DNA of 62,270 nucleotides from an uncultured Bdellovibrionales bacterium (GCA_964538685.1 CAZIFD010000004.1:1-62270), one strand, 5' to 3'. Shown: positions 9,405 to 19,450, counted from the first letter of the stretch. The notes: generated from the sequence alone by a model not told the origin. Made by a program: numbers and translations.

Positions 9405-9417
9405 TTAAACTTTTTGG

Positions 9418-9699
9418 TTAATTTTTGGCTATTATTTCAACTTTTTTTGTTTTATGCTCATTTGCCGACGGACAAGGATCGTATCCCCCATCATTCCAAG
9501 GGTGGCACCGGCTTATCCTTTTTGAACCGAGATATATGCCTCTCAAAACCCCGAAACGCTTGATTGCTTGGATCGTATATTCACTGCAAGTCGGATAAAA
9601 ACGACAAGTGGCCGTTCCAAAATACTTGTGAGGAATGCCGTGATCAAAGGACAATGTTTTTTGATAAATCCTGATAATAAAAATAAAAAAACTCTTCAT
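9418..9699 (-). CDS. yidD: Membrane protein insertion efficiency factor YidD
   Basis: IRIYQKTLS, CRFYPTCSEY, RCHPWNDGGYDP. Confidence 0.93.
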   Translation of the reverse strand: MKSFFIFIIRIYQKTLSFDHGIPHKYFGTATCRFYPTCSEYTIQAIKRFGVLRGIYLGSKRISRCHPWNDGGYDPCPSANEHKTKKVEIIAKN

Positions 9700-9783
9700 A
9701 AATTCAAATTAAGCCTTTATGGACTTTTCTTCGCTCAACTGTTAGAATAATGTCATAAAATAACCCAAAAAACAAATAAATCT

Positions 9784-10692
9784 ATGCGAGAAATTCAACT
9801 TAAAAAAACCCGTTGGATAGATCTTGAAAGTCCGGCCGCCGAAGACATCTCCAAATTGCGTCAAGAATTCAATCTTCACCCACTGGTTGTGGAAGAATTC
9901 AGTGTTCCCACTCTTCGCCCCAAAGCGATTGAATATGATGACTGTCTTTATTTGGCTATTCACATTCCTCTTTACGACACCGAAAATAAAACTACCTACC
10001 CGGCAGAAATTGACATCGTTCTTACCAAAGAAACGCTCATCACTTCCCATGATCATGAAATATATCAACTCAAAGAATTTTTTAATGAATTGGGTCAAAA
10101 CGAAGAAAAAATGACTCTTTTTCAAGACAGAACTCCCGGAGCAGTTCTCCATTATTTAATTGAAATGTTGTTTGAATCTTGTTTTCCGAAAATTGACCAC
10201 ATCGTCAAAAAATTAGATCACATTGAAGATGAAATTTTTGCCGGCAATGAAAAAGAAATGGTTTTTGAAATTTCAGTCGTCAAAAGAGACATCCTAAACT
10301 TCCGTCGAACAATGAAACCACAACGATCAGTCGTTGAATCGCTAGCGCAAAGAGATTACAAAATTATTGAGAAAGATTTGAAACCCTATTATCAAGATCT
10401 CATCGGAACCAATATCCGAATTTGGAACTCATTGGAAAGCGTGAAAGAAACCATTGAATCATTGGAAGATACCAACAATTCTTTGCTTTCAAATAAATTA
10501 AATTTGATAATGAAGGTTTTGACTATTTTTTCGGCTATTATGATGCCTATGACTGTCTATTCCAACATTTTGGCAATGAGCGCTGACATTCCTTTTGGAA
10601 AAAATCCTTACGGATTTTGGATTCATATGGGAATTATGCTTGTCATTTCCGTTTTCACCATAACCATTTTCCGAGTCAAAAAATGGCTCTAA
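9784..10692 (+). CDS. corA: CorA-family Mg2+/Co2+ transporter
   Basis: WIDLESP, LHPLVVE, MKVLTIFSAIMMPMT, two C-terminal TM helices; canonical GMN reads AMS here. Confidence 0.85.
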   Translation: MREIQLKKTRWIDLESPAAEDISKLRQEFNLHPLVVEEFSVPTLRPKAIEYDDCLYLAIHIPLYDTENKTTYPAEIDIVLTKETLITSHDHEIYQLKEFFNELGQNEEKMTLFQDRTPGAVLHYLIEMLFESCFPKIDHIVKKLDHIEDEIFAGNEKEMVFEISVVKRDILNFRRTMKPQRSVVESLAQRDYKIIEKDLKPYYQDLIGTNIRIWNSLESVKETIESLEDTNNSLLSNKLNLIMKVLTIFSAIMMPMTVYSNILAMSADIPFGKNPYGFWIHMGIMLVISVFTITIFRVKKWL

Positions 10693-10700
10693 AAAAATTG

Positions 10701-10728
10701 TGTCATTCCCGTGAAAGCGGAAATGACA
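10701..10728. repeat. REP-like palindrome before cysS
   Basis: tgtcattcccgtgaaagcggaaatgaca. Confidence 0.7.
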
Positions 10729-10737
10729 ATCATCCAT

Positions 10738-12171
10738 ATGTTAAAACTATACAACACTCTCACCAAACAAAAAGAAGAATTTAAATCAATCCACCCCGGA
10801 AAAGTCGGGATGTATTCTTGCGGTCCGACAGTTTATGATTACATCCACATTGGGAATATTCGCGCCTATCTGAATGCTGATGTCCTGAGAAGATACCTAA
10901 CTTATCTCGGCTATGAAGTTCGCCACATCAAAAACATTACCGATGTCGGACACTTGACCGAAGATGACATCGGACAAGGCGACGGCGGTGAAGACAAGTT
11001 AGCCAAAAAGGCTACTGCCGAAAAAAAGACTCCGGAAGAAATTGCTCATTTCTATGAAAAGTTTTTCCGAGCAAACGAAAAAAAAATAAATATCCTTCCC
11101 GCTCATTATTTTCCTCGCGCTACTGCTCATATTCCTCAAATGATAAAAATCATTGAGAAGCTAATTAAAAAAGGCTATGCTTATGAAAAAAACGGAAATG
11201 TTTTTTTTGATGTAACCAAATTTTCCAATTATGGTCACCTTTCTGGCAACACCTTAGAAAAACTGAAAGTAGGCGCTCGCCTTGAAGAACATCCTGACAA
11301 ATTAAATCCCTGGGATTTTGCCTTATGGCTTCATGCCCCCAAAGAACACTTAATGAAATGGGAATCGCCCTGGGGAATCGGTTATCCCGGTTGGCATATT
11401 GAATGTAGTGCTATGAGCATGGAATATCTTGGTGAAACAATAGATATTCATACTGGAGGAGAAGATAATATTTTTCCTCATCACGAAGCTGAAATTGCCC
11501 AGAGCGAATGCGCCAACAACAAAAAATTTGTTAATTATTGGATTCACAATCGCCATCTCTTAGTTGACGGAGAGAAAATGAGTAAGTCCAAGGGAAATTT
11601 TTATCGCCTAGATGACATTTTAGAAAAAGGCTATACCCCCTCAGCTGTCCGACTGCTTTTGCTATCCTCCCATTATCGCAGTCAAACCAATTTCACTTGG
11701 AAAGCTATGGAACAGTCTAAGATTAATTTGGAAAAAATTTATGATTGGATAAATAATCTGGAAAATATCTCAAAAGAAAACACCTCCTTTGATTTAAAAG
11801 AAATTGATCTTGAAACTTATCAGAAAAAATTTGAGGAAGCAATGAATGACGATCTCAACACACCATTAGCTCTTTCTGTAGTTTATGAGTTAATTAACGA
11901 AACTAACAAAAAGATTTCCGAAAAAAAATTATCTTCAAATGAAGCTAAGAATATTTTCAATTTCTGGGAAAAGATAAACAAAGTTTTTGGACTAACTATT
12001 AAAAAAAATACCACTATCCCGGAAGAAATAATCAACTTGGCCCAAAAAAGAAAACAGGCAAGAGAAAATAAAGATTTTCAAAAATCCGACGAATTAAGAG
12101 CGGAAATTGAAAAAGCCGGCTATCTCATTAAAGACATTGAAAATAATAACTATCTAATTAAAAAATCCTAA
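10738..12171 (+). CDS. cysS: Cysteine--tRNA ligase
   Basis: MLKLYNTLT start, CGPTVY, HIGN, GYPGWHIECS, KMSKS; start moved from 10711 to 10738. Confidence 0.98.
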   Translation: MLKLYNTLTKQKEEFKSIHPGKVGMYSCGPTVYDYIHIGNIRAYLNADVLRRYLTYLGYEVRHIKNITDVGHLTEDDIGQGDGGEDKLAKKATAEKKTPEEIAHFYEKFFRANEKKINILPAHYFPRATAHIPQMIKIIEKLIKKGYAYEKNGNVFFDVTKFSNYGHLSGNTLEKLKVGARLEEHPDKLNPWDFALWLHAPKEHLMKWESPWGIGYPGWHIECSAMSMEYLGETIDIHTGGEDNIFPHHEAEIAQSECANNKKFVNYWIHNRHLLVDGEKMSKSKGNFYRLDDILEKGYTPSAVRLLLLSSHYRSQTNFTWKAMEQSKINLEKIYDWINNLENISKENTSFDLKEIDLETYQKKFEEAMNDDLNTPLALSVVYELINETNKKISEKKLSSNEAKNIFNFWEKINKVFGLTIKKNTTIPEEIINLAQKRKQARENKDFQKSDELRAEIEKAGYLIKDIENNNYLIKKS

Positions 12172-12335
12172 TGGGAAATTATTGTGGTTGCGGTTGCGAA
12201 ATTGATCACAATGAGAGCAAGGAAACAAAAACCCCGGAAGACAAAGTGATGGCGCTGAAAAAAGCTATCGCCAATCTGGGCTATGATGTTTCCGAGACGG
12301 CTAACGGGGAGATAAGAATAAGTCAATCGGAATAA
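12171..12335 (+). CDS. 54 aa Cys-rich small protein (not in ORF track)
   Basis: MGNYCGCGCEIDHNESKETKTPEDKVMALKKAIANLGYDVSETANGEIRISQSE; TAATG overlap with cysS stop; ends 8 nt before the next gene. Confidence 0.7.
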   Translation: MGNYCGCGCEIDHNESKETKTPEDKVMALKKAIANLGYDVSETANGEIRISQSE

Positions 12336-12343
12336 TTGAAAAA

Positions 12344-13318
12344 ATGAAAAAAAGTTTCTGGGAAAAAATAAAACACCCTATTTTAGCTTTGGCGCCAATG
12401 GCTGGAATTACTGATAGCGCCTTTCGTCAGATTTGCCGAAAATACGGGGCAGATGTGGTTTACAGTGAAATGGCCAGCGTTAGCGCGCTGTTTTTTAAAC
12501 CGGAAAAAACTCTGGAACTTTTGAAAGTTTCTCGGAAAGAAAAATTTTACGTTGTTCAGCTTTTCGGAAAAGATCCAAAACATTTTGCCAAGGCTACTCA
12601 GATTGTAAGTCAAAAAATTAAACCAGACGGAATTGATATCAACTTTGGTTGCCCAGCCAAAAAAGTTTTTAGTCATGGAAGTGGTTCTGCGCTTATGCCC
12701 CAAAAAGAATTGACTCGCAAAATTATTCAATCTGTTATAAGCAACACCGATTTGCCTGTCTCTCTTAAAATTAGAGCTGGAATAAAAAATACTACCGCCT
12801 TGGAATTCATTGAAAATGTCAAAGATTTAGACTGGAAAGCGCTGATGATTCACGGCCGAACCTATGAAGGAGGATTTTCAGGCCCAGTTAATTTTTCCCT
12901 AATAGCAAAAATAAAATCTTTGATTCCCGATAGAATTGTTTTGGCTAATGGTGGAATTCAAACCCCAGAAGACGCAGTCAAAATTTTACACGATTATTCA
13001 AATTTTGACGGATTAGGCATCGGAAGAGGTGTTTGGGGCCAGCCTTGGATATTTGAAGACATAAAAAGAATATTGAAAAATAAAAAGATTAAGACAAAAA
13101 CTTTCAATTACCTTTCAAAAATTGCCATTCTTCATGCTAAGCTTCTTGAAAAATCCAAAGGTAAAAAAGGATTCTTGGAAATAAGAAAACACCTGTCTTG
13201 GTATTTCAAAGGTTTTCCCCAAGCTTCCCATCTCCGCCAAAAATTGGTTCAGGTGGAAAGTATCCGGGAAATTAAAGCTATCTTAAAAGACCACAGTTTA
13301 TCCAAAAAACAAGGTTGA
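12344..13318 (+). CDS. tRNA-dihydrouridine synthase
   Basis: LAPMAGITD, DINFGCPAKKV, HGRT, ANGGI, GRG motifs. Confidence 0.93.
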   Translation: MKKSFWEKIKHPILALAPMAGITDSAFRQICRKYGADVVYSEMASVSALFFKPEKTLELLKVSRKEKFYVVQLFGKDPKHFAKATQIVSQKIKPDGIDINFGCPAKKVFSHGSGSALMPQKELTRKIIQSVISNTDLPVSLKIRAGIKNTTALEFIENVKDLDWKALMIHGRTYEGGFSGPVNFSLIAKIKSLIPDRIVLANGGIQTPEDAVKILHDYSNFDGLGIGRGVWGQPWIFEDIKRILKNKKIKTKTFNYLSKIAILHAKLLEKSKGKKGFLEIRKHLSWYFKGFPQASHLRQKLVQVESIREIKAILKDHSLSKKQG

Positions 13319-13343
13319 TTTAGATGTTGTTGACAGCTATAAT
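13315..13343 (+). promoter_or_regulatory. Putative sigma70 promoter of dnaB
   Basis: TTGATT-17 bp-TATAAT. Confidence 0.6.
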
Positions 13344-13367
13344 GAATAAACCTAAGATAATACCTCA

Positions 13368-14729
13368 ATGACTCAAAACACTTCTCAAAACCCAAAGCTC
13401 CCTCCGCAAAATATTGAGGCTGAAAGGTCGGTTTTAGGAGCGCTTATGCTAGACAAAGACGCCATCATCAAAGTGGCTAATCTGATTCGCATTGGTGATT
13501 TTTATAAAGAAACTCACAATCTAATTTACGAATCCATAATTGAACTTTATGAAAAAAGAGAGCCAATTGATGTTTTGAGTCTTTCCAATCGGTTGGAAGA
13601 AAAAGGACAACTGGACAAAATTGGTGGTTCTAGTTATTTGACTGAGTTGGTTACTTCTGTTCCTTCCAGTTCCAATGTCGCCCACTATGCCAAAGTAGTC
13701 CAAAAAAAATCTACCCTTAGAAAATTAATTAAGGCGGCTAGCGAAATTTTAGAGTTGGGATACAAAGAAGAAGAAGATGTAGAAAAACTTTTAGACCAAT
13801 CTGAACAAAAACTTTTTGCCGTTTCTCAAAAATATATCAAACAAGATTTTGTGCCCATTCGTTCCATCTTGGAATCAGCTTTCAACAGAATTGATGAACT
13901 TCACAAAGGCGATCACAAATTACGCGGAATTCCAACCGGATTTCCCGATCTTGATAAAATATTGGCTGGCTTCCAAAATTCCGATTTAGTAATCTTGGCC
14001 GCCCGACCATCCATCGGAAAAACTACTTTCGCTCTTGACTTGGCTCGCCAGATCGCAGTCAGGGAAAAAGTTCCCGTAGGAATTTTTTCTTTGGAAATGT
14101 CATCCGATCAACTAATTGACAGGATGCTAAGCGCCCAATCTGGTGTTGATTTATGGCGACTTAGAACCGGAAACCTCAAAACCGATGAGGGCTCGGATGA
14201 TTTCCAAAGAATCGGAGAAGCAATGGGAGTTCTTTCAGAGGCACCGATTTTTATTGATGATGCCGGTAGTGCCAATGTAATGGAAATGCGCACAATGGCT
14301 CGTCGCCTTCAATCAGAACATAATGTCGGAGCGATTATTATTGATTACTTGCAACTTATGGAAGGAAGAAGTTCCGGCGGAGACAATAGAGTTAATGAAA
14401 TCTCGGAAATTTCCCGAGCCCTAAAACAACTCGCTCGCGAACTCAATATTCCCGTCATTGCCCTTTCTCAGTTATCCCGAGCAGTTGAATCCAGAAGTCC
14501 GCAAATTCCAAAACTTTCAGATTTGCGCGAATCAGGATCCATAGAACAGGATGCTGACATTGTAATGTTTCTTTATCGGGAAGATAGGGAAAAACCGGAC
14601 ACCCCAAACAAAAACATTGTTGAAGTCCATATTGCCAAACACAGAAACGGTCCGGTCGGAAAACTGTCGCTGTATTTCAATGAAGCCTCAACCACTTTTA
14701 AATCGCTGGAAAAAGTTCACACCGAATAA
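13368..14729 (+). CDS. dnaB: Replicative DNA helicase
   Basis: PPQNIEAE, AARPSIGKT, IDYLQL, LSQLSR, DLRESGSIEQDAD; no intein. Confidence 0.98.
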   Translation: MTQNTSQNPKLPPQNIEAERSVLGALMLDKDAIIKVANLIRIGDFYKETHNLIYESIIELYEKREPIDVLSLSNRLEEKGQLDKIGGSSYLTELVTSVPSSSNVAHYAKVVQKKSTLRKLIKAASEILELGYKEEEDVEKLLDQSEQKLFAVSQKYIKQDFVPIRSILESAFNRIDELHKGDHKLRGIPTGFPDLDKILAGFQNSDLVILAARPSIGKTTFALDLARQIAVREKVPVGIFSLEMSSDQLIDRMLSAQSGVDLWRLRTGNLKTDEGSDDFQRIGEAMGVLSEAPIFIDDAGSANVMEMRTMARRLQSEHNVGAIIIDYLQLMEGRSSGGDNRVNEISEISRALKQLARELNIPVIALSQLSRAVESRSPQIPKLSDLRESGSIEQDADIVMFLYREDREKPDTPNKNIVEVHIAKHRNGPVGKLSLYFNEASTTFKSLEKVHTE

Positions 14730-14746
14730 AATTAAACTTGATTTTT

Positions 14747-15334
14747 ATGTTTCCCCAATCTTTCAAAAAATTGATTGATCAATTTGCTTCCCTTCCTTCA
14801 GTCGGACCAAAAATGGCCGAAAGACTGGTGCTTTTTCTTTTCAAACAAGATCAAGAAAAACTTTTAAGTTTTTCTAAAAGTCTCAGTGAACTCAAAAGCA
14901 ATTTGTCTTATTGTCAAAAATGTTTCAACATTAGCGAAGGCGCGCTATGTCAAATTTGCTCCAACCCGAAAAGAAATCAAAAAATAATTTGCGTAGTTGA
15001 AGAACCATTGGATATTATTGCAATTGAAAAAACCCGCCAATTTGAAGGACTTTACCATGTCCTAGGAGGAGTTCTTAATTCTTTTGAAAGCGAAATTAAT
15101 CAAAAACTGAAAATTAAAGAATTGGAACAACGGATTAAAAAAGAACAGCCCGAAGAAATTGTTTTAGCCTTAAACCCAACTACTGAAGGCGATGCTACCG
15201 GACTTTATCTCAAAAAAACATTAGCTGATTATCCAATTAAAATAACTTCTTTAGGAAGAGGACTTTCTTCCGGTGGGGACATAGAATATGCTGACGAAAT
15301 CACTTTGATTTCAGCTCTTAGAAACAGAAGATAA
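14747..15334 (+). CDS. recR: Recombination mediator RecR
   Basis: LPSVGPKMAER, C4 zinc finger, YHVLGG, EGDAT, DIEYAD. Confidence 0.96.
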   Translation: MFPQSFKKLIDQFASLPSVGPKMAERLVLFLFKQDQEKLLSFSKSLSELKSNLSYCQKCFNISEGALCQICSNPKRNQKIICVVEEPLDIIAIEKTRQFEGLYHVLGGVLNSFESEINQKLKIKELEQRIKKEQPEEIVLALNPTTEGDATGLYLKKTLADYPIKITSLGRGLSSGGDIEYADEITLISALRNRR

Positions 15335-15437
15335 GCATAAAAAAAGGGAGCTTCTGAGATTATTCTTACAAAAAAACACCGCTTAAACACGGTGATTTTT
15401 TATTTAAAAAGATATTGTGTTTTATGAAATAAACAAC

Positions 15438-15941
15438 CTAACGCTTCGCCCACTGCGGACTTCTTCGCGCTTTTTTGAAACCAGGCTTCTTTCTTTCCAC
15501 TACTCTTGAATCCCGAGTCAAAAATCCCAAATCCCGAAGAACTTTGCGGTAAACTTCGTCAAACCTCACAATTGCCCTGGAAACCGCCAATCGGAGAGCT
15601 TCGGCCTGAGAATTGACACCTCCGCCGGAAACCTTTCCCCAAACACCAAATTCTCCTCCAAGACCGGTTTTCTCAAAAGGCTCTTTCAAACAATCCCGAT
15701 GCCGTTCAATTGAAAAATAGGCATTCAAATCTTGATTATTAATCAAAACAGCCTTGCTTCCGCTTTTTTTAGTTGGAAACAGCTTAACTTGAGCAATGGA
15801 AGTCTTTCTTTTTCCCAAACCATAAAAATATTCCCCGGAAAATTCAAGCGTTTTTTTAGAAGTTTTCTTTTCAACAGGTTCCACTACTTCTTTCTTGGTT
15901 TTTTTTACAGTTGCAACTTTTTTTACTTTTTTCTCTGCCAT
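15438..15941 (-). CDS. rpsI: 30S ribosomal protein S9 (N-terminal extension)
   Basis: GKRKTSIA, GGGVNSQAEA, RVVERKKPGFKKARRSPQWAKR. Confidence 0.96.
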   Translation of the reverse strand: MAEKKVKKVATVKKTKKEVVEPVEKKTSKKTLEFSGEYFYGLGKRKTSIAQVKLFPTKKSGSKAVLINNQDLNAYFSIERHRDCLKEPFEKTGLGGEFGVWGKVSGGGVNSQAEALRLAVSRAIVRFDEVYRKVLRDLGFLTRDSRVVERKKPGFKKARRSPQWAKR

Positions 15942-15973
15942 ATAAATATATTATTTTTCCAACAATTTAAAAC

Positions 15974-16375
15974 TTAATGCGTAACTTCAATCTTATGTTC
16001 TTGTATCGCATCCTTATAAATATGTAACCTGGTCATCATTCTATCCCGAAGTTTGTTTTTGGGAAGCATTCCATAAACAGCAGACTTGATCACTTTGGTA
16101 GAATCTTTTTTCATTTGATCCTTAAGCGTTATAGACGAAACCCCTCCGGGATAACCGCTAAAACTGTGATAAATTTTTCCTTCCAGTTTGTTTCCGGTAG
16201 CTACTAATTTGTCAGTGTTTATTACTACAACAATATCTCCCCCGTCAATATTGGGAGTAAAATCAACCTTATCTTTTCCACGAAGAACCTTGACTATTTC
16301 CGTAGCCAATCTTCCAATCACCCTGCCCTCTGCATCAAAAAGATGATATTTCCGTTGAATGTTTTTTTTCGTCAT
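15974..16375 (-). CDS. rplM: 50S ribosomal protein L13
   Basis: DAEGRVIGRLAT, FTPNIDGGD, SGYPGG, GMLPKN. Confidence 0.96.
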   Translation of the reverse strand: MTKKNIQRKYHLFDAEGRVIGRLATEIVKVLRGKDKVDFTPNIDGGDIVVVINTDKLVATGNKLEGKIYHSFSGYPGGVSSITLKDQMKKDSTKVIKSAVYGMLPKNKLRDRMMTRLHIYKDAIQEHKIEVTH

Positions 16376-16411
16376 ATCGTTGTTGTTCTTGTTCTAAAAT
16401 TAGCTTGTCTC

Positions 16412-16780
16412 TTAGTTAACAAATTCTATAATTGCCATCTCTGCTCCATCACTTTTTCTTCTTTCTAATCGGATAATTCTGGTGTATCCGCTATTTCTGG
16501 ACTTAAATTTTTCCAAAAATTCTGGAGAAACAATTTTCTTAACCGCCATCTTTGGAATTAAATTATTAAGACTTCGGATGATAGCTACTCCGCCTGGTCC
16601 TTTTTCATATTTCTTAGCTTTGTTGATAATCTTGTCAATTAAGCCTTTAATTTCCTTAGCTTTCGCCTCGGTAGTTTCTATTTTTTCTTTCACAACTAAA
16701 CTGCCCAAAAGGGTTTTCAATAAAGCCTTTCTTTGCTTTCTCACTCTTCCTAATTCTCTTTTTTTCTTTAAATGCTTCAT
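16412..16780 (-). CDS. rplQ: 50S ribosomal protein L17
   Basis: IETTEAKAKE, RNSGYTRII, DGAEMAIIE. Confidence 0.96.
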   Translation of the reverse strand: MKHLKKKRELGRVRKQRKALLKTLLGSLVVKEKIETTEAKAKEIKGLIDKIINKAKKYEKGPGGVAIIRSLNNLIPKMAVKKIVSPEFLEKFKSRNSGYTRIIRLERRKSDGAEMAIIEFVN

Positions 16781-16803
16781 GACAATTAAAATCTAAAATC
16801 AAT

Positions 16804-17784
16804 TTATTCTTTCTTTAAATTAAACCCGAAATCTCCAATAGCTTTCTTAATTTCCTTGACTCCTTTTTCTCCCATTCCATCCAAATTTTTGAGTTGATCC
16901 TCGGTAAACTTCAAAATATCTTTAATTTTTGAAATCCCCTCTTTTTCAAAAACATTCAAAGTTCTGGTGGAAAGGCTTTTAAGCTCGGAAATCTCTAAAT
17001 TTTTATAATCCGCCTCTCTATCTTCATTGATTTTTTCGTGATTTTCCGCCGGTTCTCTGACAATTTCAGCAACTTTTTCTTCTTTTTCCGCCGAAAATTC
17101 GTCCAATGAGGTTAGCACCGAAAATTGATCAACCATGATTTGAACTGCTTTAGAAAAAGCCTCTTCAGGAGTCATACTGCCATCGGTAACAACCTCCAAA
17201 TTTATCTTTTCAAAATCAGTTCTTTTTCCAACTCGCATATTATCAATAGTATAGTTTACCCTTCTGATAGGAGTATAAATAGCATCTACAGCAATTACAC
17301 CGACTTCCTTTTTTTCTCTTTCCTGTTGTTCAACCGGAACATAACCAATTCCACTAGATACTTCCATTTCCATTTCAAACTCACCTTTAGGATTGGTGAT
17401 GGTCGCAATAGGAGCATCTCCATTAACTACTGAAATCTGACTTGGACATTCAATCATTGAAGCTGTGATAATCTTTTCTCCTTTAACTTTCAAGGCCACC
17501 TTAACCGGCTCGTCAGAATGCATCTCAAATCTGACTTTTTTTAAGTTAAGAATAATTTGAATAACATCTTCCAAAACATTGGGGATAGTTGAAAATTCAT
17601 GAGATACTCCCTTAATTTTAACTGAAGTTATGGCTGCTCCGGGAAGAGATGACAAAAGAACTCTTCTGAGAGCGTTTCCCAAAGTCGTTCCATAGCCAGG
17701 ATAACAACCTTCAATTACAAAATTGCTGGCGTTGTTGTCAATCTTCACAAATTTAGGCTTTTGAGGAAGTGTTATGGATTGCAT
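16804..17784 (-). CDS. rpoA: RNA polymerase alpha subunit
   Basis: GYGTTLGNALRRVLLSS, HEFSTIP, DAIYTPI, TDGS, C-terminal HhH. Confidence 0.98.
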   Translation of the reverse strand: MQSITLPQKPKFVKIDNNASNFVIEGCYPGYGTTLGNALRRVLLSSLPGAAITSVKIKGVSHEFSTIPNVLEDVIQIILNLKKVRFEMHSDEPVKVALKVKGEKIITASMIECPSQISVVNGDAPIATITNPKGEFEMEMEVSSGIGYVPVEQQEREKKEVGVIAVDAIYTPIRRVNYTIDNMRVGKRTDFEKINLEVVTDGSMTPEEAFSKAVQIMVDQFSVLTSLDEFSAEKEEKVAEIVREPAENHEKINEDREADYKNLEISELKSLSTRTLNVFEKEGISKIKDILKFTEDQLKNLDGMGEKGVKEIKKAIGDFGFNLKKE

Positions 17785-17840
17785 TTTTTTGTTGCCGCCT
17801 CACCAAAAACAAGGCGGGCGAATTTATTAATTAAATAAAT

Positions 17841-18473
17841 TTATCGGGAATAATATTCAACTACTACTTGGGGATCAATACTTAATCCCAATTCTTCACG
17901 AGTTGGCAAATTAGTTATCTTAGCTTCTTTCTTAGAAGCATCAAAAGAAATCCAGGCCGGAACATCTTTTTTGTTTTTGAGAATTTGCTCTAAATTTTTG
18001 AAATAATTTTTCTCTTTCTTGTTTTCTTTTATAGAAATTACCTGGCCAATTTTCACTTCAAAAGAAGGCACATCCACCCTTTTTCCGTCAACCGTAATAA
18101 GTCCATGATTGACAATCTGTCTAGCTTGAGGACGAGAATTTCCAAACCCTATTCTATAAACCACATTATCCAAACGAGATTCCAGTCTTTGCAAAAGCAA
18201 ATCGCCGGCAATACCTTCTTTGTTTTTCACTTCATCAAAATGTTTTCTGAATTGTTTTTCCAAAACCCCGTACATTCGCTTAATTTTTTGCTTAATTAAA
18301 AGCTGATTTCCGTATTCACTGAGATTTTTAGTTCTTTTCTTTCCATGAACACCCGGTGCATAAGCTCTTTTGGCAAAAGCACATTTAGGCGAAACACAAC
18401 GGTCACCCTTAAGAAAAAGCTTTTCCATAGCTCTTCTGCATTGTCTGCATTTTGCATCAGTATTTCTTGCCAT
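17841..18473 (-). CDS. rpsD: 30S ribosomal protein S4 (Zn-binding type)
   Basis: CRQCRR...C-x4-C, LESRLDNVVYR, ARQIVNHG, VVEYYSR. Confidence 0.97.
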   Translation of the reverse strand: MARNTDAKCRQCRRAMEKLFLKGDRCVSPKCAFAKRAYAPGVHGKKRTKNLSEYGNQLLIKQKIKRMYGVLEKQFRKHFDEVKNKEGIAGDLLLQRLESRLDNVVYRIGFGNSRPQARQIVNHGLITVDGKRVDVPSFEVKIGQVISIKENKKEKNYFKNLEQILKNKKDVPAWISFDASKKEAKITNLPTREELGLSIDPQVVVEYYSR

Positions 18474-18513
18474 AATATTGTATAAACTTCTAAATTACTT
18501 CAAAAAAAATTAA

Positions 18514-19023
18514 TTAAACTCTCCTTGGTTTTCTGGGTCGGCATCCGTTGTGAGGAATTGGAGTTCTGTCTTTGATAAGCACCAAATTAAAACCTTTCCC
18601 CGCCAAAGCTCTAACCGAAGCTTCTCTTCCACTGCCAACACCCTTAACATAAACTTCCAATTCTTCCAATCCGTACTTTTTAACTTTTTCCGCCACATTT
18701 CCAACTACCTGAGTTGCTGCGTAAGGAGTAGCTTTTTTTGCACCTTTGAAACCAAGCATCCCGGAAGAAGCCCAGCCCAAAACATTGCCAGTGAGATCGC
18801 TAATACTAATCACAGTATTGTTATAAGTACACTTAACATTGGCCTTTCCTTTGAGAATCTGCTTCTTAATCTTTTTTGTTTTCTTGGATTTTTTGGCTTC
18901 CTCTTGATTTTCAACCTTTTCAGAATTAGCCATTTCTTCGGAAACCACCAAGTCAGACGACTTTTCATTAGTCGCATCAAGCAATTCATTTTCTTTTTTT
19001 TGAATATCCTTTTCCTCGCTCAT
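18514..19023 (-). CDS. rpsK: 30S ribosomal protein S11 (N-terminal extension)
   Basis: TYNNT, GFKGAKKATPYAA, GVGSGRE, TPIPHNGCRP. Confidence 0.97.
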   Translation of the reverse strand: MSEEKDIQKKENELLDATNEKSSDLVVSEEMANSEKVENQEEAKKSKKTKKIKKQILKGKANVKCTYNNTVISISDLTGNVLGWASSGMLGFKGAKKATPYAATQVVGNVAEKVKKYGLEELEVYVKGVGSGREASVRALAGKGFNLVLIKDRTPIPHNGCRPRKPRRV

Positions 19024-19063
19024 TATATTAAAACCTTAAATTACGAAATTAAATAAAAAATTC

Positions 19064-19450
19064 CTAAGTCTTTTCGGTCTTCACTCTTCCACTACCCATT
19101 GTTCTTCTGACATTACCTCTTACTGTTCTGGTGTTAGTTTTGGTTCTTTGTCCCCTAACCGGCAAACCTTTTTGGTGCCTTAAGCCTCTGTAGCAACCGA
19201 CTTCTTTGAGTCTTTTGATATTGCCTCTAACTTCGTGCTTAAGTTCCCCTTCAACTTTAATTTTTTTCTCAACAAAATCCCTGACTTTGTTTTGCTCGTC
19301 TTCAGACAAATCTTTGACTCTTTTTAAGGGAGAAACTTCCAGCTCTTTTAAAATTTTCAAAGCCGTAGAAGGTCCTATGCCATAGACATAAGTCAATGAT
19401 ACTTCTATTCTTTTTTCGTCAGGAATATTAACTCCGGAAATTCTTAACAT
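19064..19450 (-). CDS. rpsM: 30S ribosomal protein S13
   Basis: LTYVYGIG, YRGLRHQKGLPVRGQRTKTN. Confidence 0.97.
   Translation of the reverse strand: MLRISGVNIPDEKRIEVSLTYVYGIGPSTALKILKELEVSPLKRVKDLSEDEQNKVRDFVEKKIKVEGELKHEVRGNIKRLKEVGCYRGLRHQKGLPVRGQRTKTNTRTVRGNVRRTMGSGRVKTEKT

Noticed and set aside
13368-14729. Inteins or self-splicing introns in dnaB, tRNAs or other core genes
   Set aside because: Proteins are of normal length and tRNA cloverleaves are uninterrupted.
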